From the NCBI GenBank assembly GCA_949290475.1, contig CASESB010000082.1, forward strand, positions 1 to 52,059: a stretch of DNA of 52,059 bases. The letters are read 5' to 3'. The stretch comes from an uncultured Bacillota bacterium (lineage in GTDB: Bacteria > Bacillota > Clostridia > Peptostreptococcales > Anaerovoracaceae). A program made the translations under genes and the position numbers. Within the stretch, counting starts at the first letter, position 1, and each line of letters begins with the position of its first letter. The notes beneath the pieces are model-generated. The model was given only the letters and a program-made list of their open reading frames with translations, searched no databases and had not been told where the DNA came from. Below, in pieces: positions 23,450 to 32,655 of this stretch.

Positions 23450-24592
23450 TCATTTGCAGAACATGACGCGGCCTTTCGCTACGCGCAGCCTGTAGCCGTG
23501 CGGAAACTCCACGACCTTCGGCGCCTGTTTCTTCTCTATTATGGCGTCAGCTGCCCTGAGGCGTTCCTCCGATATGTCGCTGTCCAGGCCTATCTCGGCA
23601 AAGGCTCTCATGACCAGCCTGTGTCTTACGGCTCCCGGCTCGGCGCTGAGCGCGGCGCGATCCATGGCGACCTCGACGGCATTACCACTACCGTCTTTGA
23701 CAATGACTGCCATGCTGTCATAAGCGCTTTCCACCTGGCTCCAGATATACTCCTTGTCCTCGGTCGCGATCCTGCCCAGTCTCACCAGAGCTTCCTTTAT
23801 ATTGACGTTGTATTCCTTTTCCAGATACGGCAGCAGCTCCAGTCTGATCTTGTTGCGCGCGTAGAGCGCCTCGTTGTTCGTGTGGTCGATGACCGGTTCA
23901 AGCCCGTGCTCGCGGCAGTAAGCCTCTATGTCCTCACGATCGACATCGAGCAGGGGTCTGATGACCTCGAATCCTCGCTCCATACGGCTGTAGGCTATGC
24001 CCGCCAGGCCGTCTGTGCCCGTTCCGCGCAGAAGCCTGAAAAGTATGGTCTCAGCCTGGTCGTTGGCATTGTGCGCCACGGCGATCTTGACCGCTCCGCA
24101 CGCGCCGCTGTCGGCGTTCCTGCCCGCGTCTTCGCTCACGGCACTGCCGGCGCTATTTACCGTTTCTTCGCTTTCGCTGCCGGCGTTTCTTACTGCATCT
24201 TCGCCCTTGGCGCTGCCGGCCGCCAGCTGTGCCGCCACATCAACCGCTGTCTCATGAAAAGCGTCATAGCGAGCCTTTCTCCCGGCCTCTTCACCGGTGA
24301 TCGACAGCTCCTTTGCCAGCGCCGCACAGTCCACCGTGAACACGCGACATTCCACTCCCATGCGTCTGCACAGCTCCTGCGAATACCGCTGGTCGCGTTC
24401 AGCCTCTCCCGGCCTGAACATGTGATTGAGATGTACAGGATGCACCGTTATTCCCAGCTGCCTGCGCAGGCTCATGAGCACATGAAAAAGGCATACCGAA
24501 TCGGGACCGCCTGACAGTCCCAGCACGATATGCTGACCCTTCTCGATCAAATTGTGTTCTTCTATGGTTTTTCTGATTCGTTCGATCAACAT
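23450..24592 (-). CDS. tilS: tRNA(Ile)-lysidine synthetase, short form
   Basis: SGGPDS PP-loop, HLNH, AHNANDQAET, IRPLL, DHTN, RNKIR; upstream of ftsH. Confidence 0.93.
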   Translation of the reverse strand: MLIERIRKTIEEHNLIEKGQHIVLGLSGGPDSVCLFHVLMSLRRQLGITVHPVHLNHMFRPGEAERDQRYSQELCRRMGVECRVFTVDCAALAKELSITGEEAGRKARYDAFHETAVDVAAQLAAGSAKGEDAVRNAGSESEETVNSAGSAVSEDAGRNADSGACGAVKIAVAHNANDQAETILFRLLRGTGTDGLAGIAYSRMERGFEVIRPLLDVDREDIEAYCREHGLEPVIDHTNNEALYARNKIRLELLPYLEKEYNVNIKEALVRLGRIATEDKEYIWSQVESAYDSMAVIVKDGSGNAVEVAMDRAALSAEPGAVRHRLVMRAFAEIGLDSDISEERLRAADAIIEKKQAPKVVEFPHGYRLRVAKGRVMFCK

Positions 24593-24780
24593 TTCATCCT
24601 TTTACCGAGCAACACTCCGTTTTATGAAAGATGTATATATTGTATCACGAATGAGTGCTTTAAGCTATAACATTTATACCCGGGCGCCGCTGCTATGCAG
24701 CGCCGTTTCGGCACGATGCCGCGCTGCAGTGGGCTCCGCCGCCGCGAGCTTCTTCACACGATGGCGCGCCGCTGCACGTT

Positions 24781-25638
24781 CTAGCCTCTGATGCCGTAAA
24801 AACGCATTGCGTTAGCCTTCGTGGCGGCAGCGACCTCCTCCAGGCTCAGCCCCTTGATCTCAGCCACCTTGGCAGCCGTATACTCTACGAGCGGCGGCGC
24901 GTTTTTCTTGCCGCGAAACGGCTCCGGCGTCAGGTATGGAGAATCCGTTTCCACCAGCAGGAAATCCAGCGGAATCTCCGATACCACGGCCACCGTCTTC
25001 CTGTTGTTTTTATACGTTACCGGTCCGGCGATCGAAAGCGTAGCCCCCAGCTTCACGTACTGCCTCCCCAGCTCGGCGCTGCCGGAAAAGCAGTGCAGCA
25101 ATACGCGCGCATCCGGACACTCACCGTCCGCGCTCACATAACCAGCTGTATCCGGCCTTTTCGCGAACCAGCTCTTTCTTTCCTCGGAAAACGCCCCTTC
25201 CTCCTTGAGGATGTCCATTACTTCCTGATCCGCTTCCCGGGAATGTATGACTATCGGCATTTTCAGTTCGTTTGCCAGCCTGATCTGCTTCCTGAACCAC
25301 TCTCTCTGCACATCTCTCGGCGAATGATCGTAATGAAAATCGAGCCCGATCTCACCGATGGCCATGACCTTGTCCTTTCGCGCCAGCCCTTTTATCAGCG
25401 CCAGCTGCATATCGTCCATATCCTTGGTATCATGCGGATGGCAACCGGCAGCCGCATAACACCACGAAAAGGCAGCCGCGTGATCGGCCGCCAGCTTGGA
25501 GCTTTCCAGATCGAAGCCCACATCCATGACGTAATCAAGCAGGCCTGCCTCTATCGCTTCCTCCACCTTCTTTATCATAGCCGCACGGTCCTCCTGCGGC
25601 ATATCGTTGTTCAAATGAGCATGTGAATCAAACAGCAT
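24781..25638 (-). CDS. tatD: TatD family hydrolase
   Basis: DSHAH, GCHP, GEIGLD, IHSREA, HCFSG, ETDSPYL. Confidence 0.95.
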   Translation of the reverse strand: MLFDSHAHLNNDMPQEDRAAMIKKVEEAIEAGLLDYVMDVGFDLESSKLAADHAAAFSWCYAAAGCHPHDTKDMDDMQLALIKGLARKDKVMAIGEIGLDFHYDHSPRDVQREWFRKQIRLANELKMPIVIHSREADQEVMDILKEEGAFSEERKSWFAKRPDTAGYVSADGECPDARVLLHCFSGSAELGRQYVKLGATLSIAGPVTYKNNRKTVAVVSEIPLDFLLVETDSPYLTPEPFRGKKNAPPLVEYTAAKVAEIKGLSLEEVAAATKANAMRFYGIRG

Positions 25639-25718
25639 ATTTTCATTCCTTTCTATTCCTCGCTTTTCCCATTATAACAAAGGGGATGCGAAAAGAAAAC
25701 TCCTTAACGACTCCCGCT

Positions 25719-26510
25719 TTACACAGGAGCCAGGCTGTCCACAATGCGCGAGATCCCTGCCACGTCAAGCGCTCCCGTGCCGCTGTCACACGTTATCACG
25801 AGATTCGATCCGGGGAAAATGCCGTTATAATAGTAAAGCTCCAGCTTTCTCCACGCCGCCTCCCTGTAGCCTTCATCCATGAGCAGACCCAGATGCTCCC
25901 AGTACACCGCGCTGCCGTCATCGGAGCGTACAGTGAAATCGGGGTACCGCACGACAGCTCTTCCGTATTCGTCCACAAGCTGCAGCGGTTCTTCATAGCA
26001 AAATTTTACGCCTCTGCTGTGCAAAAGCTCTGCTATCATCGCCTCTGATTTTGACCGCACCATGAGGCCAAACGTGGTCCTGTGGATGCGCTCGTCACGG
26101 CGGAACGACGTCTCGCGGTTCTTGTGATCGTCAATAGGCGATTGACGTTTTAATGTCGATAATATATTCTCCGATCTGTAAGTCTTCGGAAGCAGCTCGT
26201 CTATGACCTGCGGGGAATAACTGCAGTATGCTCTGAGCAGTCTCTCCTGCACCTGCACGTTTTTTGTCAATATCCTCAGGGCCTTCTCCGCATACCTCCG
26301 TTCTCTCAAATCCTCCACTATCGCTTTATCGCCTCTGCCTATATACTCTTGTTTCTTCGATCCCGGCTTTACCAGATAATAATAAGTATGTCCGCATATC
26401 GTCTTGCTCGCCAGGTGCCCCTCCGGCAGTTCGTCTATGCGCTCGCTGTAAGCTGCTATCAGCTCCTTTTCGATCCGCATATCTCTCTTCGTCGCTTCTA
26501 TATAGCCCAT
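25719..26510 (-). CDS. Uncharacterised protein with a C-terminal PD-(D/E)XK/DUF559-like nuclease fold
   Basis: VRSKSEAMIAELL...FCYE...YPDFT...YWEHLG pattern; N-terminal LPEGHL...YYY region; ATG 26510 with GGAGG RBS. Nuclease function is inferred from motifs. Confidence 0.7.
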   Translation of the reverse strand: MGYIEATKRDMRIEKELIAAYSERIDELPEGHLASKTICGHTYYYLVKPGSKKQEYIGRGDKAIVEDLRERRYAEKALRILTKNVQVQERLLRAYCSYSPQVIDELLPKTYRSENILSTLKRQSPIDDHKNRETSFRRDERIHRTTFGLMVRSKSEAMIAELLHSRGVKFCYEEPLQLVDEYGRAVVRYPDFTVRSDDGSAVYWEHLGLLMDEGYREAAWRKLELYYYNGIFPGSNLVITCDSGTGALDVAGISRIVDSLAPV

Positions 26511-26571
26511 ATCATCCTCCTTTTTCTGCTTTCTTTCCCACTGCATGTACTGCGCGGATATGTTTTTCCAT

Positions 26572-26601
26572 AATTTAACATATTCTGCGGCGATTTGTCA
26601 A
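26572..26601 (-). promoter_or_regulatory. Sigma-A-type promoter of the nuclease-like gene
   Basis: TTGACA-N18-TAAATT with a TG extension. Confidence 0.55.
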
Positions 26602-26615
26602 TATTTTCCTGCAGC

Positions 26616-26811
26616 CTTATACATATGTTTTTTTCTTGAATATTTCTGTATAAGTTATTGGGGGTCATCTCGCTTCACACAGCCGTTTTTTATACGTCCA
26701 GCATATGAATGAAATGCTGATGTATAAAATTTCTCCAAAATCAGGCTGTCGTGCACGCAAACCACGTGATTTCTTATACAGTTTTTTTGCACGCTTGAAT
26801 CCATGTATAAG
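26616..26811. repeat. Array of three spaced inverted repeats (CTTATACA-N23/24-TGTATAAG type)
   Basis: 26616-26654 CTTATACA-N23-TGTATAAG; 26689-26728 TTTATACG-N24-TGTATAAA; 26773-26811 CTTATACA-N23-TGTATAAG. Confidence 0.75.
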
Positions 26812-26838
26812 ATGCGGCATCGACGGCGGGGTGAGAGA

Positions 26839-27014
26839 CGTCACATGCGCAGCGGCGGCGCAAAGACGAAGTGCTCGGGCAAGGGAAAGGCGTCACATGC
26901 GCAGAAGCAGTGATACGCAAAGCGCAAAAGAAGCGGCGGCGCAAAGACGAAGTGCTCGGGCGAGCGAAAGGCGTCACATGCGCAGCGGCGGCGCAAAGTG
27001 CAGAAGCGGCGGCA
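26839..27014. repeat. GC-rich imperfect tandem repeats
   Basis: CGTCACATGCGCAG at 26839, 26891 and 26972; GCGGCGGCGCAAAGACGAAGTGCTCGGGC occurs twice. Confidence 0.85.
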
Positions 27015-27017
27015 CGT

Positions 27018-27048
27018 AAAAAGCGCTGCCCGGTATCCCGGGCAGCGC
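27018..27048 (-). terminator. Intrinsic terminator of metG
   Basis: 11-bp perfect stem (GCGCTGCCCGG/CCGGGCAGCGC), 4-nt loop, followed by T5 on the minus strand. Confidence 0.85.
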
Positions 27049-27069
27049 CTCTGATATCAATTATATTCT

Positions 27070-29004
27070 CTATGTCACCGGATTGCCGTCGTCGGCTACG
27101 GTGGAGACGAATTCCACCCTTTCCTTGCCATCGACTACATTGTCGGCAAAGAGGATCATGCCCTTCGACTCCAGACCGCGAAGCTTTCGCGGCTTGAGAT
27201 TGGCAACCACGACCACCTTCTTGCCCACGCATTCCTCAGGCTTGAAATATTCGGCCACACCGGAGATGATCTGTCGTTTTTCCGTGCCCATCTTGACCTG
27301 GAATACCAGCAGTTTGTCAGCCTTAGGATGCTTTTCCGCCGAGAGGATTGTTCCCACGCGGAAGTCCATCTTATCGAAATCATCGTACTCTATCTCAGGC
27401 TTCAGCTCGAGAGGGATATTGGCTTCCTCGCCTCCGCCCTGCATGGCTTCCAACTCCTCCAGCTCCTTTTCGATATCGAGCCTAGGGAATATAGGATCGC
27501 CCTTCTTCACCTGCTCGCCCTGCATCATCTCGAACGTATAGGCGTCCTCCCAGGCAACATCTGCATACCACAGACCCAGCTGCTTCCTGATCTTATCGGA
27601 CGTCGTATGCATGAAAGGATGTATCAGCACCGATACTATCCTGATCGCCTCAGCCAGATTGTGAAGCACATTATCGAGACGCGGCTTCTGCGCCTCATCC
27701 TTGGCAAGCACCCAAGGCATCGTCTCGTCTATATACTTGTTGGCACGCCTTACGACTACCCAGATGTCCTCCAGGGCCATGTTGAAGGCAAATCTGTCCA
27801 TATCGGCTTCCACCTTATCGGCTGCTCCCGTCGCCACAGACTTCAGATCCTCATCGACCGCCTCCGTCGCCTCCGTCAGGTCAGGCACGATACCGCCGTT
27901 GTATTTCTCTATCATTGATACAGTCCTGGACACGAGGTTTCCCAGATCGTTGGCCAGATCGTAGTTCATCCTTTTGAGCATCACTTCGTTAGTGAATATG
28001 CCGTCCTGCCCGAACGTGTACTCCCTCAGCAGAAAGTATTTAAGCGCGTCTATACCGTACCTGTCTATCAGCTTGACAGGATCCACCACGTTACCCTTGG
28101 ACTTCGACATCTTGCCGCCCTCCAGCAGCAGCCATCCGTGTCCCAGCACCTGCTTCGGCAGCGGCAGACCGGCGCTCATCAGCATCGCCGGCCAGATTAT
28201 CGTATGGAACCTGACTATCTCCTTGCCTACGAGATGCACATCAGCCGGCCAGTACTTCTCATAAAGCTCCGGCTCATCAGGCCAGCCGAGAGCCGTAATA
28301 TAGTTGGAAAGCGCGTCGAGCCATACGTACATCACGTGCTTTTCATTGATCGGCACAGGTATGCCCCAGTCGAACGTGGATCTCGATATGCAGAGATCCT
28401 CCAGGCCCTGCTTGATGAAGGCTATCATCTCGTTTCTTCTGGTATCCGGCTTCAGGAAATCCGGGTTGTTTTCCATCAGATCGAGCAGTTTATCCTGATA
28501 TTTGGAAAGTTTGAAGAAATACGCTTCCTCCTTGGCCTTCTGCACCGGTCTGCCGCAGTCGGGACATTTGCCGTCCACGAGCTGGCTCTCGGTCCAGAAC
28601 GATTCGCAAGGCGTACAGTAAAGGCCCTCGTATTCACCCTTGTAAATATCTCCGTTCTCGTATATCTTCATGAAAAGCTGCTGCACGCGCTTGACGTGTC
28701 TCGGCTCGGTGGTCCTTATGAAATCGTCGTAGGATATCTCCATGGTCTTCCACAGATCCTTTATGCCCGCAACAATCTTGTCCACGTACTCCTGCGGCTT
28801 CATTCCTTCCTTCTTAGCAATGTCCTGTATCTTCTGGCCGTGCTCGTCGGTGCCGGTGAGGAATCTCACGTCGTATCCCGCAAGCCTCTTGAACCTGGCC
28901 ATAGCGTCAGCCATGACCGTACAGTACGTATGTCCTATGTGAAGGTTTGAGCTCGGATAATAAATAGGTGTTGTGATATAATAAGTACCTTTATCTTTCG
29001 CCAT
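27070..29004 (-). CDS. metG: Methionine--tRNA ligase with C-terminal tRNA-binding domain
   Basis: [23 protein letters not shown], zinc-knuckle cysteines, C-terminal OB domain. Confidence 0.98.
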   Translation of the reverse strand: MAKDKGTYYITTPIYYPSSNLHIGHTYCTVMADAMARFKRLAGYDVRFLTGTDEHGQKIQDIAKKEGMKPQEYVDKIVAGIKDLWKTMEISYDDFIRTTEPRHVKRVQQLFMKIYENGDIYKGEYEGLYCTPCESFWTESQLVDGKCPDCGRPVQKAKEEAYFFKLSKYQDKLLDLMENNPDFLKPDTRRNEMIAFIKQGLEDLCISRSTFDWGIPVPINEKHVMYVWLDALSNYITALGWPDEPELYEKYWPADVHLVGKEIVRFHTIIWPAMLMSAGLPLPKQVLGHGWLLLEGGKMSKSKGNVVDPVKLIDRYGIDALKYFLLREYTFGQDGIFTNEVMLKRMNYDLANDLGNLVSRTVSMIEKYNGGIVPDLTEATEAVDEDLKSVATGAADKVEADMDRFAFNMALEDIWVVVRRANKYIDETMPWVLAKDEAQKPRLDNVLHNLAEAIRIVSVLIHPFMHTTSDKIRKQLGLWYADVAWEDAYTFEMMQGEQVKKGDPIFPRLDIEKELEELEAMQGGGEEANIPLELKPEIEYDDFDKMDFRVGTILSAEKHPKADKLLVFQVKMGTEKRQIISGVAEYFKPEECVGKKVVVVANLKPRKLRGLESKGMILFADNVVDGKERVEFVSTVADDGNPVT

Positions 29005-29039
29005 TTCTTCGATGATTCTCCTTTCACTGTCTGCGAATG

Positions 29040-29657
29040 TTATCTGTAAAGCTTAACATCCGTGTATTTGATGATGATATCCACGATATCCTCTATCTCT
29101 ATGTAGCCGCTGTCCATGGAAATATGGTAGTTTACCGGCTCGCCCCACTTCTGTCCCGTGTGGTATGCGTAGTAGTTCGCTCTGCCCTTGTCGGTATCCT
29201 TCATCAGCTTCTTTACCACATCCTGCGGCACGCCGTACTCCTGAACAGCTCTCTTGATCTTATCCGCCTCCTCGGCGTATATGAACACATTGGTCGCCTC
29301 AGGCATTCCTCTGAGGACGTAGTCGGCGCATCTTCCGACGATAACGCATGAGCCTTCCTCGGCTATCTTCTTTATGGTATCGAACTGCGCCAGGAAAAAT
29401 CTCTCGTTGAGAGAAAGGCTCTCCGGACCGGCCTCCGCCGTTCCGAGCGCTGATACGAGGCTGTAGAGGAAGCTGTTCTTGGCCTTCTTTTCCGCATCCT
29501 CGATCATCTCTCTGCAAAAGCCCGATTCCTCAGCGATCCTGTCCAGCAGCTCCTTGTCGTAATAAGGAACGCCCAGCTTTTCCGCGAGACGCTTTCCTAT
29601 AAGTCTTCCGCCGCTTCCGAACTCACGGCTAATGGTTATTATCTTCTTATCGCTCAT
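29040..29657 (-). CDS. Cytidylate kinase-like family protein
   Basis: [12 protein letters not shown]...YYDKELL...[10 protein letters not shown]...R..YY..HTG..WG. Confidence 0.85.
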   Translation of the reverse strand: MSDKKIITISREFGSGGRLIGKRLAEKLGVPYYDKELLDRIAEESGFCREMIEDAEKKAKNSFLYSLVSALGTAEAGPESLSLNERFFLAQFDTIKKIAEEGSCVIVGRCADYVLRGMPEATNVFIYAEEADKIKRAVQEYGVPQDVVKKLMKDTDKGRANYYAYHTGQKWGEPVNYHISMDSGYIEIEDIVDIIIKYTDVKLYR

Positions 29658-29866
29658 ACGGATCCCTCCTTAGGTCTCATTCAGCAATACATATGTTGTC
29701 GTCGCCGGCCGTACTGCAAGCCGCAAGGCGCTGCCGCGCACAGCCTTTCTTCCGATTAATTGTGTCCATTATATCATAATTCGGTTTGAGTTGGTAACAG
29801 AATTCGCATTTTTCGTCATCGCCGGGCGGGCGGACAGGCCGCACACAGGCAGTCGCGCCCTTCACC

Positions 29867-29894
29867 TTCACAGAGGTCTAACGAAAGTTTTACT
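29867..29894 (+). promoter_or_regulatory. Pho-box-like direct repeats
   Basis: TTCACA-N5-CTAACG-N5-TTTACT at 11-bp period, upstream of the phosphatase-like surface protein. Confidence 0.4.
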
Positions 29895-30012
29895 TTACTG
29901 CGCTATAAGAGCGGAGCGGCTTTTCATATAATCATTATGTAAAGTCTGGGCGTCCCGGTTCCCGGGTGCAGACTTCACCACACGATATTTCAAGGAACTA
30001 AGCAGGAGAGAG

Positions 30013-32553
30013 ATGAAAATGAAGAAAATGATCAGCACCGTCATCGCGCTGATGATACTGGCGGTCTCGGCCGTACCGGTATTCGCGACCGGCGAGGGTG
30101 AAGGCGGTAATACGCCTCCGGATCACGTTATAATCAATCAGGTATACGGCGCTTCCGACAACGGATACGCCAGCCACAGCTTCATCGAGCTGTACAATCC
30201 GACCGGCGAGGATATAGACATGAGCAGCTGGTCGGTACAGTATAAATCGAGTGCAGATGGATATCATAGTACCGCATGGCAGAAGCTCGATCTCACGGGC
30301 ACCATCAAAGCCGAGGACTACTATCTTATACGCTGCGGCGCTGTCACTAAAAGCGACAGCACAAATCCATATCAGGTTCCCGACGGCGATCATGAATGGA
30401 ATATACCGCTCCACAACAAGGGCTTGTCGGTAGCGCTGGTAGACAATCAGACGCTGCTTACAAATGCCTTCACAGGGAATGTAAAAGATCTTGATGTAGA
30501 CACCGTCCCAGAAATCGAAGGCCTCGTAGACCTGGCTGCTGCTCAGGGAAATGATACAGAAGATAATCAGATCCCGCCTGCATACGAAGGTGATTACGAA
30601 GATATCCAGTCCAAGAAAAAAGCTATCAGAAGAGTCAACTTCCAGGATACAGACAATAACAAAGAGGATTTTGAGGCCGTCGATTACAGCAAAACGGTCG
30701 CCGCCGACAACGGCCCTCACAGCAGTGCCTCTGCCGAAGGCAACGAGGGTGGAGGCGGCGATGTGCAGCCGGAAGAACCTGCTTTCACAGCGGCAGAAAC
30801 CACCAACACGACATACTCCGGGTTTTACGACGACACCTCAGCCTCGCTGAAAGCGAAGCTTGTGGCGAGATACAACGCCGGTGCTTCCAGCGCTGACGGC
30901 GGCAGCGCCGAGATCACGGCTTACAGCAGCTATAACGGCTACGCCTATTCCGTGAACGGTCTCAAGGGCACGCTCGATTATTTCCCTGTATCTAAAGGCA
31001 GCGGCAGTGATTCCGTAGCTGCTGTCGAGGGAGTAGAATTTGATGTCAGTGGAATCATAAATGAAAATTATCCTGATTTCGCATACGGCGACATGACTTC
31101 AGTAGCTATATCGCCTGACGGCAAAACTCTGGCAGTAGCCCTGCAAAACGATGATTATACTGAAAACGGAAAAGTCGCCGTATTCAGCTGCATGACAGGA
31201 GGCGGGCTCAAGTATATCGGAATGGCCAAGACCGGCGTGCAGCCTGACATGGTAACGTTCAACGGCGACGGTTCTCTCATCCTTACCGCCAACGAAGGCG
31301 AGCCGAGAAATGGATATGGAGACGATGCAGTTGACCCTGCCGGCAGTGTTTCCATAATCGAGGCCGCTACGTTAGGTAAAGAAAGCACTAGTGCAGCGAC
31401 GATAGGCTTTGATGATTTTGACTCGCAGCGCGAGGCGCTCACAGGTTCCGGCATCATCATCAAAAGCGGCGCTGCTCCTTCCGTAGACTTTGAGCCTGAG
31501 TACATCACGGTCGCCGGAGACATGGCATATGTGACGCTCCAGGAGGCCAACGCCGTCGCAGCCCTCGACCTCAACGACAGGAGTTTCACCGGCATATTCA
31601 GCGCAGGCTTTGAAGACTACTCCGAGGTGAATGTAGACCTGGTGGAGGACGGCAAATATCTGCCTGACAACTACATCAACGCCAAGGGCATCCGCATGCC
31701 TGACGGCATCAGCAGCTGCGTGATCGACGGAAAAACATATCTGCTCACCGCCAACGAAGGCGACAGCAGAGAGTGGGGCGGTTATGCAAACGAAGTCAAA
31801 AGAGAGATCGAATCCGCCAGCGGAGATACGGCTGAAAAAGTAAGAACGTTGGATACAAGCGATTATGACGGTCTCGATAAGAGCGAGACCAGCACCTACC
31901 TCTTCGGCGGCAGGTCCTTCACGCTGTTCAGAGTCGACGGCAACAGTCTGGTCGAGGTATTCGACAGCGGCAGCGATTTCGAAGAGCTGACCGCAGCCAA
32001 TATCCCGAATTACTTCAACTGCTCCAACGATGATCTCGAGATCGACAGCCGTTCCGCCAAGAAAGGTCCGGAGCCTGAATCTGTAACGGTCGGCACCGTG
32101 AACGGCAGGACATATGCATTCGTAGGCCTTGAAAGGATCGGAGGCATCATGATATACGACATCACCGATCCTGACAACGTGAAATTCGACAACTACATCA
32201 ACAGCAGGAATTTCTCCAAAGAAATCATGGATGACGTATCGCCGGAAGGCCTCTGCTTCATAGGCGCAAATGCGCTCGGAACACCGCTGCTGCTCTCCTC
32301 CAACGAAGTATCAGGCACAGTGAGCATGATAGAGCTCACTTCCGCTATGAGTGGACAGCAGATAGTCGACCCGAATGATGAAGTCATCGAGGCTCCGACA
32401 GATCCGACAGGCCCGGCAGAAAAAGAACCGGCAGCTTCTCCTGAAACGGGAGATGACACGCTGCTCACATTCTGGCTGACACTGGCAGCGCTCTCCGGAG
32501 CGGCCATAGTTGTCACCGTCATCTGCAGGATGAAATCAGTTTCCTCTAAATAG
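30013..32553 (+). CDS. Cell-wall-anchored protein: lamin-tail domain plus choice-of-anchor I (alkaline-phosphatase-like beta-propeller) domain
   Basis: Signal peptide; VIINQVYG..FIELYNPT (LTD); ANEGEP, FEPEYI, MPDGI, ANEGDSR, KGPEPE, GLERIGG, SPEGL, NEVSG; C-terminal SPETG + TM + basic tail. Confidence 0.8.
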   Translation: MKMKKMISTVIALMILAVSAVPVFATGEGEGGNTPPDHVIINQVYGASDNGYASHSFIELYNPTGEDIDMSSWSVQYKSSADGYHSTAWQKLDLTGTIKAEDYYLIRCGAVTKSDSTNPYQVPDGDHEWNIPLHNKGLSVALVDNQTLLTNAFTGNVKDLDVDTVPEIEGLVDLAAAQGNDTEDNQIPPAYEGDYEDIQSKKKAIRRVNFQDTDNNKEDFEAVDYSKTVAADNGPHSSASAEGNEGGGGDVQPEEPAFTAAETTNTTYSGFYDDTSASLKAKLVARYNAGASSADGGSAEITAYSSYNGYAYSVNGLKGTLDYFPVSKGSGSDSVAAVEGVEFDVSGIINENYPDFAYGDMTSVAISPDGKTLAVALQNDDYTENGKVAVFSCMTGGGLKYIGMAKTGVQPDMVTFNGDGSLILTANEGEPRNGYGDDAVDPAGSVSIIEAATLGKESTSAATIGFDDFDSQREALTGSGIIIKSGAAPSVDFEPEYITVAGDMAYVTLQEANAVAALDLNDRSFTGIFSAGFEDYSEVNVDLVEDGKYLPDNYINAKGIRMPDGISSCVIDGKTYLLTANEGDSREWGGYANEVKREIESASGDTAEKVRTLDTSDYDGLDKSETSTYLFGGRSFTLFRVDGNSLVEVFDSGSDFEELTAANIPNYFNCSNDDLEIDSRSAKKGPEPESVTVGTVNGRTYAFVGLERIGGIMIYDITDPDNVKFDNYINSRNFSKEIMDDVSPEGLCFIGANALGTPLLLSSNEVSGTVSMIELTSAMSGQQIVDPNDEVIEAPTDPTGPAEKEPAASPETGDDTLLTFWLTLAALSGAAIVVTVICRMKSVSSK

Positions 32554-32580
32554 GAATTGATATAAACCCCCATATTTTCC

Positions 32581-32629
32581 ATTGAAAAGACCGCCGCTCA
32601 GGATCTCCTGATGCGGCGGTCTTTTCAAT
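32581..32629. terminator. Bidirectional intrinsic terminator between convergent genes
   Basis: 17-bp inverted repeat ATTGAAAAGACCGCCGC...GCGGCGGTCTTTTCAAT. Confidence 0.85.
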
Positions 32630-32655
32630 TGTCTTTTGAGAACGCGGGATCGCCG

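Noticed and set aside
26616-26811. CTTATACA/TGTATAAG as Tn5 mosaic-end (Nextera adapter) contamination or IS50-like ends
   Set aside because: Only 8-9 of the 19 bp of CTGTCTCTTATACACATCT match, flanks diverge, spacing is regular, and one unit is degenerate. A read-level check is still advisable.
26616-27014. CRISPR array
   Set aside because: No identical direct repeats separated by uniform unique spacers, and no cas genes. The units are spaced inverted repeats and mosaic tandem repeats.
26705-27232. ORFs 26705-27019, 26774-27232 and 26871-27197 as proteins
   Set aside because: They are translations of the tandem repeats and cross the metG terminator or 3' end; no convincing RBS.
29005-29800. 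T-box or SAM riboswitch for metG
   Set aside because: Only 35 nt separate metG from the upstream gene, and I saw no T-box or S-box consensus further upstream.
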